From assembly GCF_036365525.1 (NCBI RefSeq), contig NC_090404.1, forward strand, positions 9,920,001 through 9,984,000: a stretch of 64,000 nt of DNA, in the 5' to 3' direction. A model generated the notes under the pieces. It searched no databases. It was not told the DNA's origin and saw only the letters and a list, made by a program, of their open reading frames with translations. The position numbers and the translations under genes are program-made. This stretch comes from Heterodontus francisci (taxonomy: Eukaryota). Positions 24,421 to 37,844 of this stretch are shown in pieces (position 1 is the stretch's first letter; each line of letters starts with the position of its first letter).

Positions 24421-24724
24421 GGCCATATTACACATGGTCCTCGCTCACTTCATATTGATATGACCATGTTTCTTTTCACATTGCACTAAGTCACCCCCCA
24501 GTGGATTAGACCGTTTACATTTTATTACACCAGGGCAAGTCTAGATTTTTACTGGGCTAGACCATGTCTCTGCTTATTTTACACTTGGCATTGTCTCCGT
24601 TATTACTGCACAGGCCCAGTCTCAAACTATATTACACACAGCCTCGTCTCATTTAAGAGTGCACCCAATCCTGTCTCTTTTTGTATTACACGATGCCCCA
24701 TCTTATTCATTAATATGTCTCTTA

Positions 24725-24851
24725 GATAGCTATCTGGGTAGACAGATAGATCAATGGACAGGCAGATAGAGAGAGAGAGAGATAGACAGACAGATCGATC
24801 AATAGAGAAATAGACAAACAGATCGATCAATCGATAGATAGATGGCCAGAC

Positions 24852-24914
<63 letters not shown>

Positions 24915-24925
24915 AAGAGAGATAG
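24725..24925. repeat. (GATA)n microsatellite
   Basis: Direct. Confidence 0.97.
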
Positions 24926-24989
24926 ACAAGAACACCACAAATGAAATATGATCTTTCAGAATTCATATTTTTATGTTATTTCATTTTGC

Positions 24990-25400
24990 TCCATCCTTTT
25001 CGAAGCATATGCCTTCCTACTAGTATTTTCATATTTGTGCTTTTAACTAGGGCTGCTCATCATTCTGTCATTAACGCTCCATCTGCACGAATGTTTTGTC
25101 TTTCGTGACACCATTAGCAAACTCTATTTACCTATGTCCCATGACCTTGTCAGTTAATCTCTCCGGCCCACTGTCCAAGCACACATCTTCCCTTTTCTTC
25201 CCTTTCCCCTCCACCCCCGCTTAACTTGTTTAAAACCTACTACATGTCTAACCTTTGCCAGTTCTGATTAAAGATCACTGACCTGAAACGGTAACACTGC
25301 TTCTCTCTCCACCGAAGCTGCCATATGTACTGAGTTTTGCCAGCACTTTCTGTTTTTATTTCACATTTCCAGCTTCTGCAGTATTTTGATTTCATTTATT
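24990..25400 (+). mobile_element. Penelope pLTR fragment with a mutated hammerhead core (25257-25297)
   Basis: Homologous to 4200-4550; CTGATTA..GAAAC. Confidence 0.75.
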
Positions 25401-25409
25401 ATTACGAAA

Positions 25410-27680
25410 ATGCAACAGGTGTTCGATTTAGATGTAGGTGAGCACTTTGGCGATAGTGATCACAATTCGGTTAGGTTTACCTTAGCGATGGGCAGGGACA
25501 GGTATATACCGCAGGGCAAGAATTATAGCTGGGGGAAAGGAAATTATGACGCGATTAGGCAAGATTTAGGATGTGTAGGATGGGGAAGGAAACTGCAGGG
25601 GATGGGCACAAACGAAATGTGGAGCTTATTCAAGGAGCAGCTAATGCGTGTCCTTGATAAGTATGTACCTGTCAGGCAGGGAGGAAGTTGTCGAGCAAGG
25701 GAGCCGTGGTTTACTCAAGAAGTTGAAGCGCTTGTCAAGAGGAAGAGGGCGGCTTATGTTAGGATGAGACGTGAAGGCTCAGTTAGGGCGCTTGAGAGTT
25801 ACAAGCTAGCCAGGAAGGATCTAAAGGGAGGGCTAAGAAGAGCAAGGAGAGGACACGAGAAGTCATTGGCGGATAGGATCAAAGAAAACCCTAAGGCTTT
25901 CTATAGGTATATCAGGAATAAACGAATGATAAGAGTTAGAACAGGGCCAATCAAGGATAGTAGTGGGAAGTTGTGTGCGGAATCAGAGGAGATAGGGGAA
26001 GCGTTAAATGAATATTTTTCGTCAGTATTTACAGTAGAGAAAGAAAATGTTGCCGAGGAGATTACTGAGATACAGCCTACTAGGCTAGATGGGATTGAGA
26101 TTCACAAGGAGGAGGTGTTAGCAATTTTGGAAAGAGTGAAAATAGATAAGTCCCCTGGGCCAGATGGGATTTATCCTAGGATTCTCTGGGAAGCCAGGGA
26201 GGAGATTGCAGAGCCGTTGTTGTTGATCTTCAAGTCGTCATTGTCGACAGGAGTAGTGCCGGAGGACTGGAGGATAGCAAATGTTGTCCCCTTGTTCAAG
26301 AAGGGGAGTAGAGACAGCCCTGGTAATTATAGACCTGTGAGCCTTACTTCGGTTGTGGGTAAAATGTTGGAAAAGGTTATAAGAGACAGGATTTATAATC
26401 ATCTTGAAAAGAATAAGTTCATTTGCGATAGTCAGCACGGTTTTGTGAAAGGTAGGTCGTGCCTCACAAACCTTATTGAGTTTTTCGAGAAGGTGACCAA
26501 ACAGGTGGATGAGGGTAAAGCCGTGGATGTGGTGTATATGGATTTCAGTAAGGCGTTTGATAAGGTTCCCCACGGTAGGCTATTGCAGAAAATACGCAAG
26601 TATGGGGTTGAAGGTGATTTAGAGCTTTGGATCAGAAATTGGCTAGCTGAAAGAAGACAGAGGGTGGTGGTTGATGGCAAATGTTCATCCTGGAGTTTAG
26701 TTACTAGTGGTGTACCGCAAGGTTCTGTTTTGGGGCCACTGCTGTTTGTCATTTTTATAAACGACCTGGATGAGGGTGTAGAAGGGTGGGTTAGTAAATT
26801 TGCGGATGACACGAAGGTCGGTGGAGTTGTGGATAGTGTCGAAGGGTGTTGTAGGGTACAGAGGGACATAGATAGGCTGCAGAGCTGGGCTGAGAGATGG
26901 CAAATGGAGTTTAATGCGGAGAAGTGTGAGGTGATTCACTTTGGAAGGAGTAACAGCAATGCAGAGTACTGGGCTAATGGGAAGATTCTTGGTAGTGTAG
27001 ATGAGCAGAGAGATCTTGGTATCCAGGTACATAAATCCCTGAAAGTTGCTACCCAGGTTAATAGGGCTGTTAAGAAGGCATATGGTGTGTTAGCCTTTAT
27101 TAGTAGGGGGATCGAGTTTCAGAGCCACGGGGTCATGATGCAGCTGTACAAAACTCTGGTGAGGCCGCACCTGGAGTATTGCGTGCAGTTCTGGTCACCG
27201 CATTATAGGAAGGATGTCGAAGCTTTGGAAAGGGTGCAGAGGAGATTTACTAGGATGTTGCCTGGTATGGAAGGAAGGTCTTACGAGGAAAGGCTGAGGG
27301 ACTTGGGGTTGTTTTCGTTAGAGAGAAGGAGGAGGAGAGGTGACTTAATAGAGACATACAAGATAATCAGAGGGTTAGATAGGGTGGATAGTGAGAGTCT
27401 TTTTCCTCGGATGAGGATGGCAAACACGAGGGGACATAGCTTTAAGTTGAGGGGTGAAAGATATAGGACAGATGTCAGAGGTAGTTTCTTTACGCAGAGA
27501 GTAGTAGGGGCGTGGAACGCCCTGCCTGCAACAGTAGTAGACTCGCCAACTTTAAGGGCATTTAAGTGGTCATTGGATAGACATATGGATGTAAATGGAA
27601 TAGTGTAGGTCAGATGATCGGCGCAACATCGAGGGCCGAAGGGCCTGTACTGCGCTGTAATATTCTAATTCTAATTCTAA
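25410..27680 (+). mobile_element. Young 5'-truncated CR1 with uninterrupted ORF2 (RT)
   Basis: 740-aa ORF without stops through SDH, RT motifs and C-terminus; tail (ATTCTA)n plus A-run. Confidence 0.97.
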
Positions 27681-27689
27681 AAAAAAAAT

Positions 27690-29950
27690 CTCTATTCAGG
27701 ATGGGGCGTGACAGAAAATAAGAAACCATCGGCAAGTTCGCCTAACATTTGTCATTGGGAAAATGCGAGAATCAATTGTTAAGGAAGCAGTAGCAGGACA
27801 TATAGAAAATCATTTATCACACAGTGAGGATGACACCAGTCAACTGCAGCAGGACATGGATATCGAATGGAATGCGCAGACAAGTGGCAGATGGAAGTTA
27901 ATACAGAGAAATGTGAGGTGATGCATTTTGCCAAAAGGGGTAAGGAGAGGCAATATTGATTAAATGGTATAGTTCTAAAGAGTGCACAGGGGCGGAGAGA
28001 CCCGAGGTTCATCTGCGTAGATCTTTAAAAGTGGCAGGACACATTGACAGTAGTCAGTAAAGCATATTGGATCTGGGGCTTCAAAAATAGAGGTATTGAG
28101 TACAACAGTACGGAAGTTATACTGAGTCTTTATAAAGTTCTGGTTAGGTTACAACTAAATTCTTCTCTCCACATTTTAGGAAGGATGTGAGGGTGCAGAG
28201 GAAGATTTACCAGAACGGTTCCAGAGATAAGGGATTTGAGCTACAAGGCAATGAGAAACTGTGGTTGTTCTCTTTGGAGCAAAGATGATTGAGGGGACAT
28301 TTAACAGAAGTGTACAAGATTATGACAGGTTTGGATAGAGTAAACAAAGAAAATCTGGTGCAATTTGCTGATGGTACACGGACTAAGAGATACAGATTTA
28401 AGGTTCTGTGGAAGAGGTGCAGTGGGTATATGAGGAAGAATATCTTTACACATCGTGTGGTAATGACCTGGAACTTTCTGCCTATGAGAGTGGTGGAAGC
28501 AAAGACAACGAATGATTTCGGGGGGGTTTTCAGGGCTACGGGGGTAGAGCTGGAGGACAGGACTGATTGGATTGCTCTACAGTGATCCAGCATGGACTCG
28601 GTGGGCTGAATGGCCTCCTCCTGTGCTGCTATGACTCTGTGACTCGAAAATGCAATCAGACAGATTCAACAAGGTTTATGAAAGGGAAATTGTGTTTGAC
28701 AATTTTATTACAGTTCTTCGAGGATGTAACAAGCAGGGTGGATAAAAGGGAACCAGAAGATACCATGCATATGGATTTCCAAAAGGTATTCAATAAGATG
28801 TCACATAAAAGGTTACGAGACAACATAAGAGCTTATGGTGTTGGGGTAATATTTTAGCATGCAAAGAGTATTGGCCAACTAACAGGAAACAAAGAGTCAG
28901 GACAAATGGGGCATTTTGAGGTTGGCAAACCGTAACTAGTTGAGTGCCGCAGGGATCAGTTCTGGGGCCTCAACTATTTATAATCTATAATACTGACTTG
29001 GATGCAGGGACCAAGTATATCGTAGTCAAATTTGTGGACAATACGAAGATAAGTTGGAAAGCAAATTGTAAGGAGGACACAACTGCCTGCAAAGAGATAT
29101 AGATAGGTTAAGTGAGTGGGCAAAAATTTGGCAGATGGAGCATAATGTGGGAAAATGTGAAGTTGTCCACTTGGGCAGGAAGGATAGAAAAGCAGAACAT
29201 TATTTACATGGAGAGAGACTGCAGAATGCTGTGATACAGAGAATTCTGGGTGTCCTGGTTCATGAATCACAAAAAGTTAGCCTGCATGTACAGCAAGTAA
29301 TTAGGAAGGCAAAAAGAATATTGGTGTTAATAAGGGAATGGAGTATAAATGTAAGGAAGTATTGCTACAACTATACAGGGCACTGGTGAGACCCCACCTA
29401 GAAAACTGCATACAGTTTTGGTCTCCTTTCATAAGGAGGGATGTACTTGCATTGGAAGCAGTCCAGAGAAGTTTCACTAGGCTGATTCCTCGGATGAAAG
29501 GGTTGCCGTATGAGAAAAGGTTGAGCAGGTTGGAGTACTGATTGGAGATCAGAAGAGTGAGAAATGATCTTATTGAAACATATAAGATTCTGAAAGTATT
29601 TGAAAGGGTAGATGCTGAGAGGATGTTCCCCTCATGAGGGAATCTAGAACTAGGGGGCACAGTTTCAAAATAAGGGGTCTCCCATTTAAGATGGAAGTGA
29701 AGAGGAATTTCGTCTCTCAGAGGGTCGTTAATGTTTGGAATTCTCTTCCCCCGAGGGTAGTGGAAGCTTGGTCCTTGAATATATTCAAAGCTGAGTTAGA
29801 CAAATTTTTGATCTACAGGGGAGTCAAGAGTTATGGGCAGCAAGCAGGAAAGTGGAGTGAAGGCCAGGATCAGATCAACCATAATTTAACTGAATGACAG
29901 AGCTAGCTCGAGGGGCCCAATGACTTTCTCCTGCTTCAATTCTTAATGTC
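27690..29950 (+). mobile_element. Nested old CR1 fragments
   Basis: Multiple frameshifted RT and C-terminal motifs; tails near 28640 and 29945. Confidence 0.85.
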
Positions 29951-29954
29951 TTAT

Positions 29955-30310
29955 AGATATATTGATGGATGCATAGATAGATAGGTAGATGGATAGATAG
30001 ATGGATAAATAGATAGATAGATGGATAGATAGATCGATAGAAAGATAGATCTTCTTCTTCTTTGGGCTCCTTGTCTCGAGAGACAATGGGTAAGCGCCTG
30101 GAGGTAGTCAGTGGTTTGTGAAGCAGCGCCTGGAGTGGCTAGAAAGGCCAATTCTAGAGTGACTGACTCTTCCACAGGCTCTGCAGATAAAATTGGTTGT
30201 CGGGGCTGTTACACAGTTGGCTCTCCCCTTGCGCTTCTGTCTTTTTTCCTTCCAACTGCTAAGTCTCTTTGACTCGCCACTCTTTAGCCCCGCCTTTATG
30301 GCTGCCCGCC

Positions 30311-30386
<76 letters not shown>

Positions 30387-30390
30387 ACAG
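29955..30390. repeat. (GATA)n microsatellite split by an RTE insertion
   Basis: Direct. Confidence 0.95.
30051..30310 (-). mobile_element. RTE-clade LINE 3' end with 10-bp TSD
   Basis: Minus strand RAAIKAG..EKRQKRK..FICRACGRVSHSRIGLSSHSRRC*, (GAA)n tail; AAAGATAGAT at 30041 and 30311. Confidence 0.85.
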
Positions 30391-31309
30391 ACAACTAGCT
30401 CGACAAATAGCTAGACAGGTAGACAGTGACAGTCATATATATTAATATAAATAAAGATACTCGTTTGTGTGTGGGACTTTAATCAATTTTATTTGGAAGA
30501 ATACATTTCGTGTGGTGAATAACTATCAGCAGCTGTGTGCAATTTCTGATTGCTCCGGTATTATGTGGGTAATATTTGTTGAAAGGATGGGGTGAATCTT
30601 GAAACAATCTCCCAGAGATGAACTGTGAGTGAGGGGCAGGGCGAAAGGTGAGCAATAATGCAGTGCAGTTTACACAACATAGTGACAAAATCTGCTGTGT
30701 TAAAGTTCACTAATTAATATTTGTGATGTACTGTGTTAAGGAGTGTTTTTGTTTTCCTGTAGGATTTTCTATTTAACTTTCGCCTGACCGACAGCTTGAA
30801 GAGAATCTGGAACCATGTTCTCACAGCACCACCAGATGGGCTGCCGTAATATCCTAATGACCACCCGATTAAATCTCTCAACTGGTTCAATGGTGCAACT
30901 GAAACCAGCTCACACAAAATGCTTTCTCTGTGTGTATGTGGGGTGGGGTGGGGTGGGGCGGGGTTTCTGCTGGTGGGGGGGAGGGTGTGGAGGGGAGCGG
31001 GAGTGGAGGGGGTTATGTGTGTGGATGTGGGTCCATGCTCTGTTGATGGGTTTGTGTGCAGTGTGTAGGTGCAGCATGCCACGAACACATAATTCTTAAT
31101 CCTTGCAATGCATTGTATCAAGATAAGTGATTATGGACACCAAGTGTTTTTCAGTATTGTTTTCAATTTCCATTTATTCAATGTGCAAATAAATTGTAAG
31201 TCGTTTCATAACGATAAAAAATATTCACAACCCATTTTGTTGTGTACTCCTGTTTAGAAAGCAATCTCACACTGACCATTCCGTTAGCAAGCTAAGAAGG
31301 TCTCACACC

Positions 31310-31530
31310 TAACTCACTGAAACTATCTCTCAGATTGCACCGAACTCACTGATTTTCTCTCTACTCCTTAGGCTGCACCGAACTCAGCGAACCTCTCTCC
31401 TTTCTCTCAGACTGAACTCCTCTCCTCTCTCTCAGACTGAACTGAACTAACTGAAACTCTTTCCCCCTCCCTCCCTCTCTCTCTCCCTCGCTCTCTCTCT
31501 CCCTCGCTCGCTCTCTCTCGCTCTCTCTCA
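31310..31530. repeat. Short tandem repeat plus (CT)n
   Basis: gaactcactga..ctctctc units followed by a CT run. Confidence 0.7.
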
Positions 31531-32269
31531 CTTAAAATATCCTATTTTCTAATAATTCTCTTTGTTGAAAATTCATTTTGTTAATTTCCCCTCATTTCTC
31601 CCCGTGATCATCCTCAATCCATCTCCCCTTCAGTGAATACATTAAAATGGATGCAAACCCATGTGTATTATCTATTAAATGAGAAGGGAGGTAAATGCAA
31701 TGTTGAGCCCAGAAGCATTCTGTATGCTGGTTCTTGGTGCTGTCAGAGTGAATCCACCCTCACAGGCAGGAAGACTGTTCATGGCGATAACATGAAACTG
31801 ACGCCTGCTGTTTCATTCTCAGGTAACACAACTTCATGTTTCTTTGCTGCCAGTTCCAAACCGCACATCTCACTTCTGAGCAGAAAATAAATCCAGGAGC
31901 CACAATCTGGTGGAACCATCTGCCAAGGCGGCCTATATCTGTCCACAGAGTCGGTGCAGAGTCACGCAGATCACATTGTGGTGACATTTACGAATGGACC
32001 TGCTGTTTCTGTTTCGAGTCTCCATTCCTGGACATTACTGGCGATGTCTGAGGATCAGTCACTGAGCTCGCTCTGTTCTCTGAAGCCGGGATCTGTTCGT
32101 TTTCTCCCTTTCAAGTTTATATCATTCCCGCTCTATGTTCCTTGTTTCCTCTACTTCTCAGCTTTTGTCTCTAACCACCTTGTGTTTCTGTATTTTTTAA
32201 ATCTGTCTTCGTCTTTATCTCGTTCTCTCATATCTCCCTCCACTTGTATGCATCCCTATTTGATGGCGT

Positions 32270-32650
32270 GTTCAAAATAATGAGGGATTTTTGATAAGTT
32301 ATATAAGGAGAAACAGGGGTTGTCCTCCTTAGTGCAGGGAAGGTTAAGGGAGATTTAGTAGAAGTCTGCAAAATCAGGAAATATTTTTGATAGAATAGAT
32401 TTGGAGAAACTGTTTCCAATAGTAGGAGAGTTTGTAACCAGAGGACTCAGAGATTTAAGGTATTTGGCAACAGAACCAGAGGGGGAGTTGAGAAGAATTT
32501 TGTTTTAACACAGCAATTGGTTGCGATCTAGAATGTACAGCCAGAAAGGCCGCTGGAAGCAGATTGAATAGTTCAAAGGGAATTGGATAAATACCTGAAG
32601 GGAAGCTAATTAGCAGCTTTGTGGGGAATGGGACTAATTGGACAGCTCAC
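32270..32650 (+). mobile_element. Old CR1 3' fragment
   Basis: RLRGDLVEV..FKGELDKYL remnants. Confidence 0.65.
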
Positions 32651-33011
32651 TCAGTTTTGCAGTGCTCTGAATTTTCCTCTGGTGAGATTTAGAGTCACCA
32701 TTCGCCTACCTACACTAGGGGCAATTTACAATGGCCAATTTACCTGTCAACCTACAAGTCTTAGGCTGTGGGAGAAAACCGGAGCACCAGGAGGTGACCC
32801 ACACGGTCACAGGGAGAACTTGCAAACTCTGCACAGGCAGCACCCAGGATCACTGGAGCTGTGAGTCTGTGGTGCTAACCACTGCGCCACCCCATTTTAG
32901 AAGTTTGATTTCCAGTCATAATGTGCCTTAAACAGAAGTTTTTGGAAATTGGTTTCTACACACTGTCAGATCCAGCCGCTTTGTTTCTGTGTAACACGGC
33001 GACTGCAAAAA

Positions 33012-33467
33012 GGAAAAAGAAATGCTTGCATTCATATAGCCCCTTTAACGACCACGACGTCTCAAAACACTTTACCGCCAATTAAGTACCTTTGAAGTGC
33101 AGTCCCTGTTTTAATATAGGAAACACAGCAGCCACTTTGCAAACAGCAAACTCGCACATACAGCAGTGCGACAATGATCAGATAATCTGCTATTGTGATG
33201 TTGATTAAGAGATAAATATTGGCCAAGACACAAGGGTTAACTCCTTCACTCTTCTTCCAAATAGTGCCATGAGATCACCCAATCAAGCAGACAGGGCCTC
33301 AGTTTCACATCTCATGGGAAAGACAGCACCTCTGCCACCTCAACAGTTCCTCAACAGTGCAGTGCAGTGTTAGCCTTGATTTTCGTGCTCAAGCCCTGGA
33401 ATGCGTCTTGAACATGGAAGCTTGTGACTCAGGGCTGAAAGTGTTGCCAACTGAGCCACAGCTGACA
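33012..33467 (-). mobile_element. tRNA-derived SINE (DeuSINE-like), near full length; another copy at ~45945-46430
   Basis: Minus strand A box tggctcagttgg, B box gttcaagac, conserved core, 3' ctatatgaatgcaagc plus T-run. Confidence 0.75.
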
Positions 33468-34299
33468 GCTGCAGAGGGATGAGAAGGAACAGATTATTTT
33501 CAGTTCCTCTGAGACATGCACTACTACACCTCAGATATCAGAAAACTCTGGAGTCCACGAAGACCTCAGTCAGCTCTTAGTCAGGAGGTGTCGGTCACAC
33601 GTGCCTCTGTCATGATGGCTCCACCCTTATTTTATCACACAAGTCCCTGATTCACTCACCAGAACGCAGAAGCCTGCACTAGGCCCAAAATATCATTGTT
33701 TCCCCGCGCCTTGTCTTTCTATTGCAATCTGGTGTTTATTAGGCCCCCTGCCCCCCTCAATGTAAGACTACCTGTAGTAAAAGCAGCCTCAGTTATTGAT
33801 ACACTGGAGCCAGCCTCTGTGATTGTTATCATAATACCAGTCTGCCCCCGGCCCTCCAGTCATACCTCCCTTCACAAAAGCAATGATGAAGGGCAATGAG
33901 GGATGGTGATAACCGCTGGCCTAGCCAGCGACGCCCACATCCCACAAACGAATTAAAAACAAAAACGTGCATCCGCCTAGCTTATGTTGTCGAGTTTCTG
34001 GAGTGGGACTTCAACACACAACCGTCAGATTCAGGGTTGAGAGTATCACCAAAGACTCGATGCTGATGTAATCTGTTCCCAGTTACCATTATAACATACA
34101 GTGTCTGCTATTAAACTAATCATACCTCTTTCAGACTGCAGTGGTCCTTGGCTCTGTTATTAGACAAAACATTTGCTATTACATCAATAGATTCTGAGTC
34201 ATGCACACACATTTGAGACCCAACGTGGGTTTTGGTGCAGTAGATATCGACTGGCAGTGAGGGACGCGCTGAAAGGAGACATTTTCCTGAGTGAGACAT

Positions 34300-37200
34300 T
34301 GCCAGAGTGAATTTGGAAATTTGGTACACGTGGGAATTTGGTGCGGAGGGGGAAAGAGAGGCTTCTTTCCCTGTCCTTTTTTGCCTCCAGGAGCTGGGAG
34401 TCTTCTTCCTTTGACTCCTCGGTCGGTGCGTACAACTGTCCATTACTTCAATATTGAATTATTAACTAATTGACTCCTTAAAAATAATAAGGATGTACAG
34501 AGCTGGCAGGTCGCTGGTGTACTGCAACTGCAGTATGTAGTAATCTGTGAAATGCACTGCAATCCCGAACAAGCATGTCTGAAGTAAGTGTCTGCAGCTT
34601 GCACGACTTCAGCTTGGAGTTCCTGGAGACGGAGTTGCAGACGTTGCGGAGCAGCAGGAAGGGGGAGAGTTACCTGGACACTTGATTCCAGGAAACAGTC
34701 ACACCCCTCAGAGTAGGGAAGCCTTTAGTGATGGCCAATGGTCAAGAACAGGAGGGTGTGATTATGAGTGAGGCAGGTAGTGGGAATCAGCATGTAGTGA
34801 TGGAGGAGCCTCAGCCCCTGACTTTGTCCAACAGGTATGAGGTCCTTGCTACTTTTGTGGATGAAGAAAAAGACTGCAATGTGCAAGGCAGATCAGCGGA
34901 ATGACCATGGCAGCATAGTGAATGATGCCACTCCAGTGGTGGGGTGGGTGGTGGGGTGGGGGGTGGGTGGGGTTGGAGTGAAGAGGAATGTGGTAGTGAT
35001 AGGAGACCATATAATCAGAGGGTTCAATACCGTTCCCTGTGGTCGTGAACGGGAGCTCTGACGGCTGTGTTTCCCGCCAGGTGACGGGGTTAAGGACATC
35101 TCCTCGCAGCTGGAGAGGAACCTGGAGTAGGAGGGGGAGGATCCAGTTGTCGTGGTTCATATGGGAACAAATAAATAGGTAGAATCAGAAATTATGTTCT
35201 GCTTAGAGAATTTGAGGCGTTAGGGTCCAAAGTAATATGCAGAACATCAAAGGTAATCATTTCCAGTTTGTTATCTGAGCGAAGCGCAAAATGGCACATG
35301 GTCAAGCAGACTATAAAACTAAACACGTGACTGAAAGACTGGTGTGGGAAGAAAGAGTTTCGATTCATGGGGCACTGGCATCAGTAGTCAGGGAAGAGGG
35401 AGCTATTCCATTGGGATGGGATTCACTTGAACCGGGCTGGATCCAGTGTCCTGGCCAATCGCATAACTAGTGCTGTGGGCAGGGCTTTAAAGAAACGGGG
35501 GTGGGGGAACAGTTTGCGTCAAGTAAATTTTGAAATCAAAAGAGAGAGGTCAGTGCATCGGAGCAGGATAGTGATGTGGGTAACTCCCAACAGAATGGGA
35601 CAGGAAGGGACAGAGAGCTTAACAAAAAATTGTACATTGGCAAATAAGGTCATTTCCGGGAATAGAGGTGACGAGATGAAATTAAAGCTCCTTTATCTGA
35701 ATGCACGATGCAGCTGTAATAAGACAGATGAAATAATGGCACGGATAGAGGTAAATGATGTAGATCTAATTGCCATTACCAAGACATGGTCACAAGGAGA
35801 TCAAGGATGGGAAATGAATATTCCAGGGTACACAGTATTTTGGAGACACAGACAGAATCGCAAAGGAAGAGGGGTAGCCATAATAGTGAAGGATGACATG
35901 AGGACATTATTAAGAAGGAATCTGGCTTCAGAAGAGCATGAAGTCGAATTAGTTTGGGTGGAGATTAGGAATAGCAGGAGTCAGAAAACATTGTTGGGAG
36001 TATTTCACAGGCCCCTTAAGAGTAGTTGTATTATTGGACAGAATATTAAACGGGAAATTATTGGAGCGTGTAATCAAGGTAATGTATTAATTGTGGGGTC
36101 TTCAATCTTCATATAGACTGGGACAATCAAATTGACAACAGTGATCTACAAGATGAGTTTGTAGCAAGTTTTTGTGACAGGTTCTTGGAGCAATACGTTG
36201 TACAACCGACTCGGGATCAAGTTACTTTAGATCTAGTACTGTGTAATGAAGCAGGGTTAAAAAGCAAAGTAATAGTAAAAGATCCACTGGAAAATAACAA
36301 TCATAATACCATTGAATTTCATGTCAATTTTGAAACTGACACATTTCAATCACAAGCAAGAATCTTAAAACTTAAGCAAAACCAATTACGAAGGTATGAG
36401 GGGAGAATGGGCAAAGGTTAATTGGGTAAATAGACTGGAAGGTATGGCGGTAAACGCATAATGGGAAACATTGAAAGAAACAATTCAAAGGGTTCAACAA
36501 AAGTACATTCTGTTCACAAACAAAACGTTCGTCAAGAAAGACCCATCCATGGCTCACTCTGGAATATGAGAGTATTGGAATAAAAGAAGAGGCTTATATT
36601 GTTGCAAAAATAGTAGGAAGTCTGAGGATTGGGAGTGTTTTAGAAACCAGCCAAGAGCCACCAACAATTCAAGTTGGCAGTCAGTGAAGAGTGGGGTGCC
36701 TCAAGCATCAATGCTGGGGCCTCAGCTATTTCACTCTATTTTAATGACTTGGATGAAGAGACAGATAGCAATGGGAAGATTCTTGTTAGTGTAGATGAGC
36801 AGAGAGATCTTGGTGTCCAGGTGCATAAATCCCTGAAGGTTGCTAACCAGGTTAATAGGGCTGTCAAGAAGGCATATGGTGTGTTAGCTTTTATTAGTAG
36901 GGGGGTCGAGTTTCGGAGCCACGAGGTCATGCTGCAGCTGTACAAGACTCTGGTGAGACCGCACCTGGAGTATTGCGTGCAGTTCTGGTCACCGCATTAT
37001 AGAAAGGATGTGGAAGCTATGGAAAGGGTGCAGAGGAGATTTACTAGGATGTTGCCTGGTATGGAGGGAAGGTCTTACGAGGAAAGGCTGAGGGACTTGA
37101 GGTTGTTTTCGTTGGAGAGAAGGAGGAGGAGAGGTGACTTAATAGAGACATATAAGATAATCAGAGGGTTAGATAGGGTGGATAGTGAGCGTCTTTTTCC

Positions 37201-37840
37201 TCGGATGGTGATGGCAAACACGAGGGGACATAGCTTCAAGTTGAGGGGTGATAGATATAGGACAGATGTGAGAGGTAGTTTCTTTACTCAGAGAGTAGTA
37301 AGGGCGTGGAATGCCCTGCCTGCAGCAGTAGTAGATTCGCCAACTTTAAGGGCATTTAAGTGGACATTGGATAGACACATGGATGAAAATGGAATAGTGT
37401 AGGTCAGATGGTTTCACAGCTCGGCGCAACATCGAGGGCCGAAGGGCCTGTACTGCGCTGTAATATTCTAATTCTTGTATCTAAGTTTGCTGATGATACA
37501 TACTCGGTGGAAAGGTATAGAGTGGCTGCAAAGAGATATAGACAGGTTAAGTGTGTGGGTAACAAGATGGCAAATGGAGTATAATGTATAGAAGTGTGAA
37601 GTTGTTCACTTTATTCTTAAAAATAGAAAAGCATAATTTTTTTTTAAAGCTGTGAAACTTGTAAGTGCTGATGTTCAGACAGATTTGGGGGTACTCATAC
37701 AAGGAACTCACAAAGTTATCATGCAGGTGCAGCAGGCTATTAGGAAGGCAAATGGCATGTTGGCCTTTATTACAAGGGGATTGGAGTACAGTAATGAAGA
37801 AGTCTTACTAAAATTGTACAGGGCTTTTGTGACTAGCCTT
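34300..37840 (+). mobile_element. Old CR1 (ORF1 plus APE, internally deleted RT)
   Basis: LSNRYEVL, VVIGDHIIRG, DGIHLN, LYLNAR, AITKTW, SKFADDT (37480), all decayed. Confidence 0.88.
36767..37474 (+). mobile_element. Young CR1 3' fragment nested in the old CR1
   Basis: Highly similar to 26975-27670; flanked by host DLDEETD and SKFADDT. Confidence 0.92.
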
Positions 37841-37844
37841 GTTT

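Larger units (their letters stand above)
18520..24715 (-). repeat. 27-bp minisatellite array (reverse orientation) split by SINE and LINE insertions
   Basis: actagaccctgtctctgtttatattac units at 18520-18620, 18975-19106, 22425-22670 and 24420-24715. Confidence 0.75.

Noticed and set aside
31680-32060. Unique-looking sequence with several short overlapping ORFs
   Set aside because: No recognisable protein motif in any frame.
34192-34330. Minus strand ..DIYCTK followed by CACGTTG-23-TCAGAATCT, resembling a V end plus RSS
   Set aside because: No other V framework motifs; it overlaps the probable CR1 5' region; RSS matches are weak.
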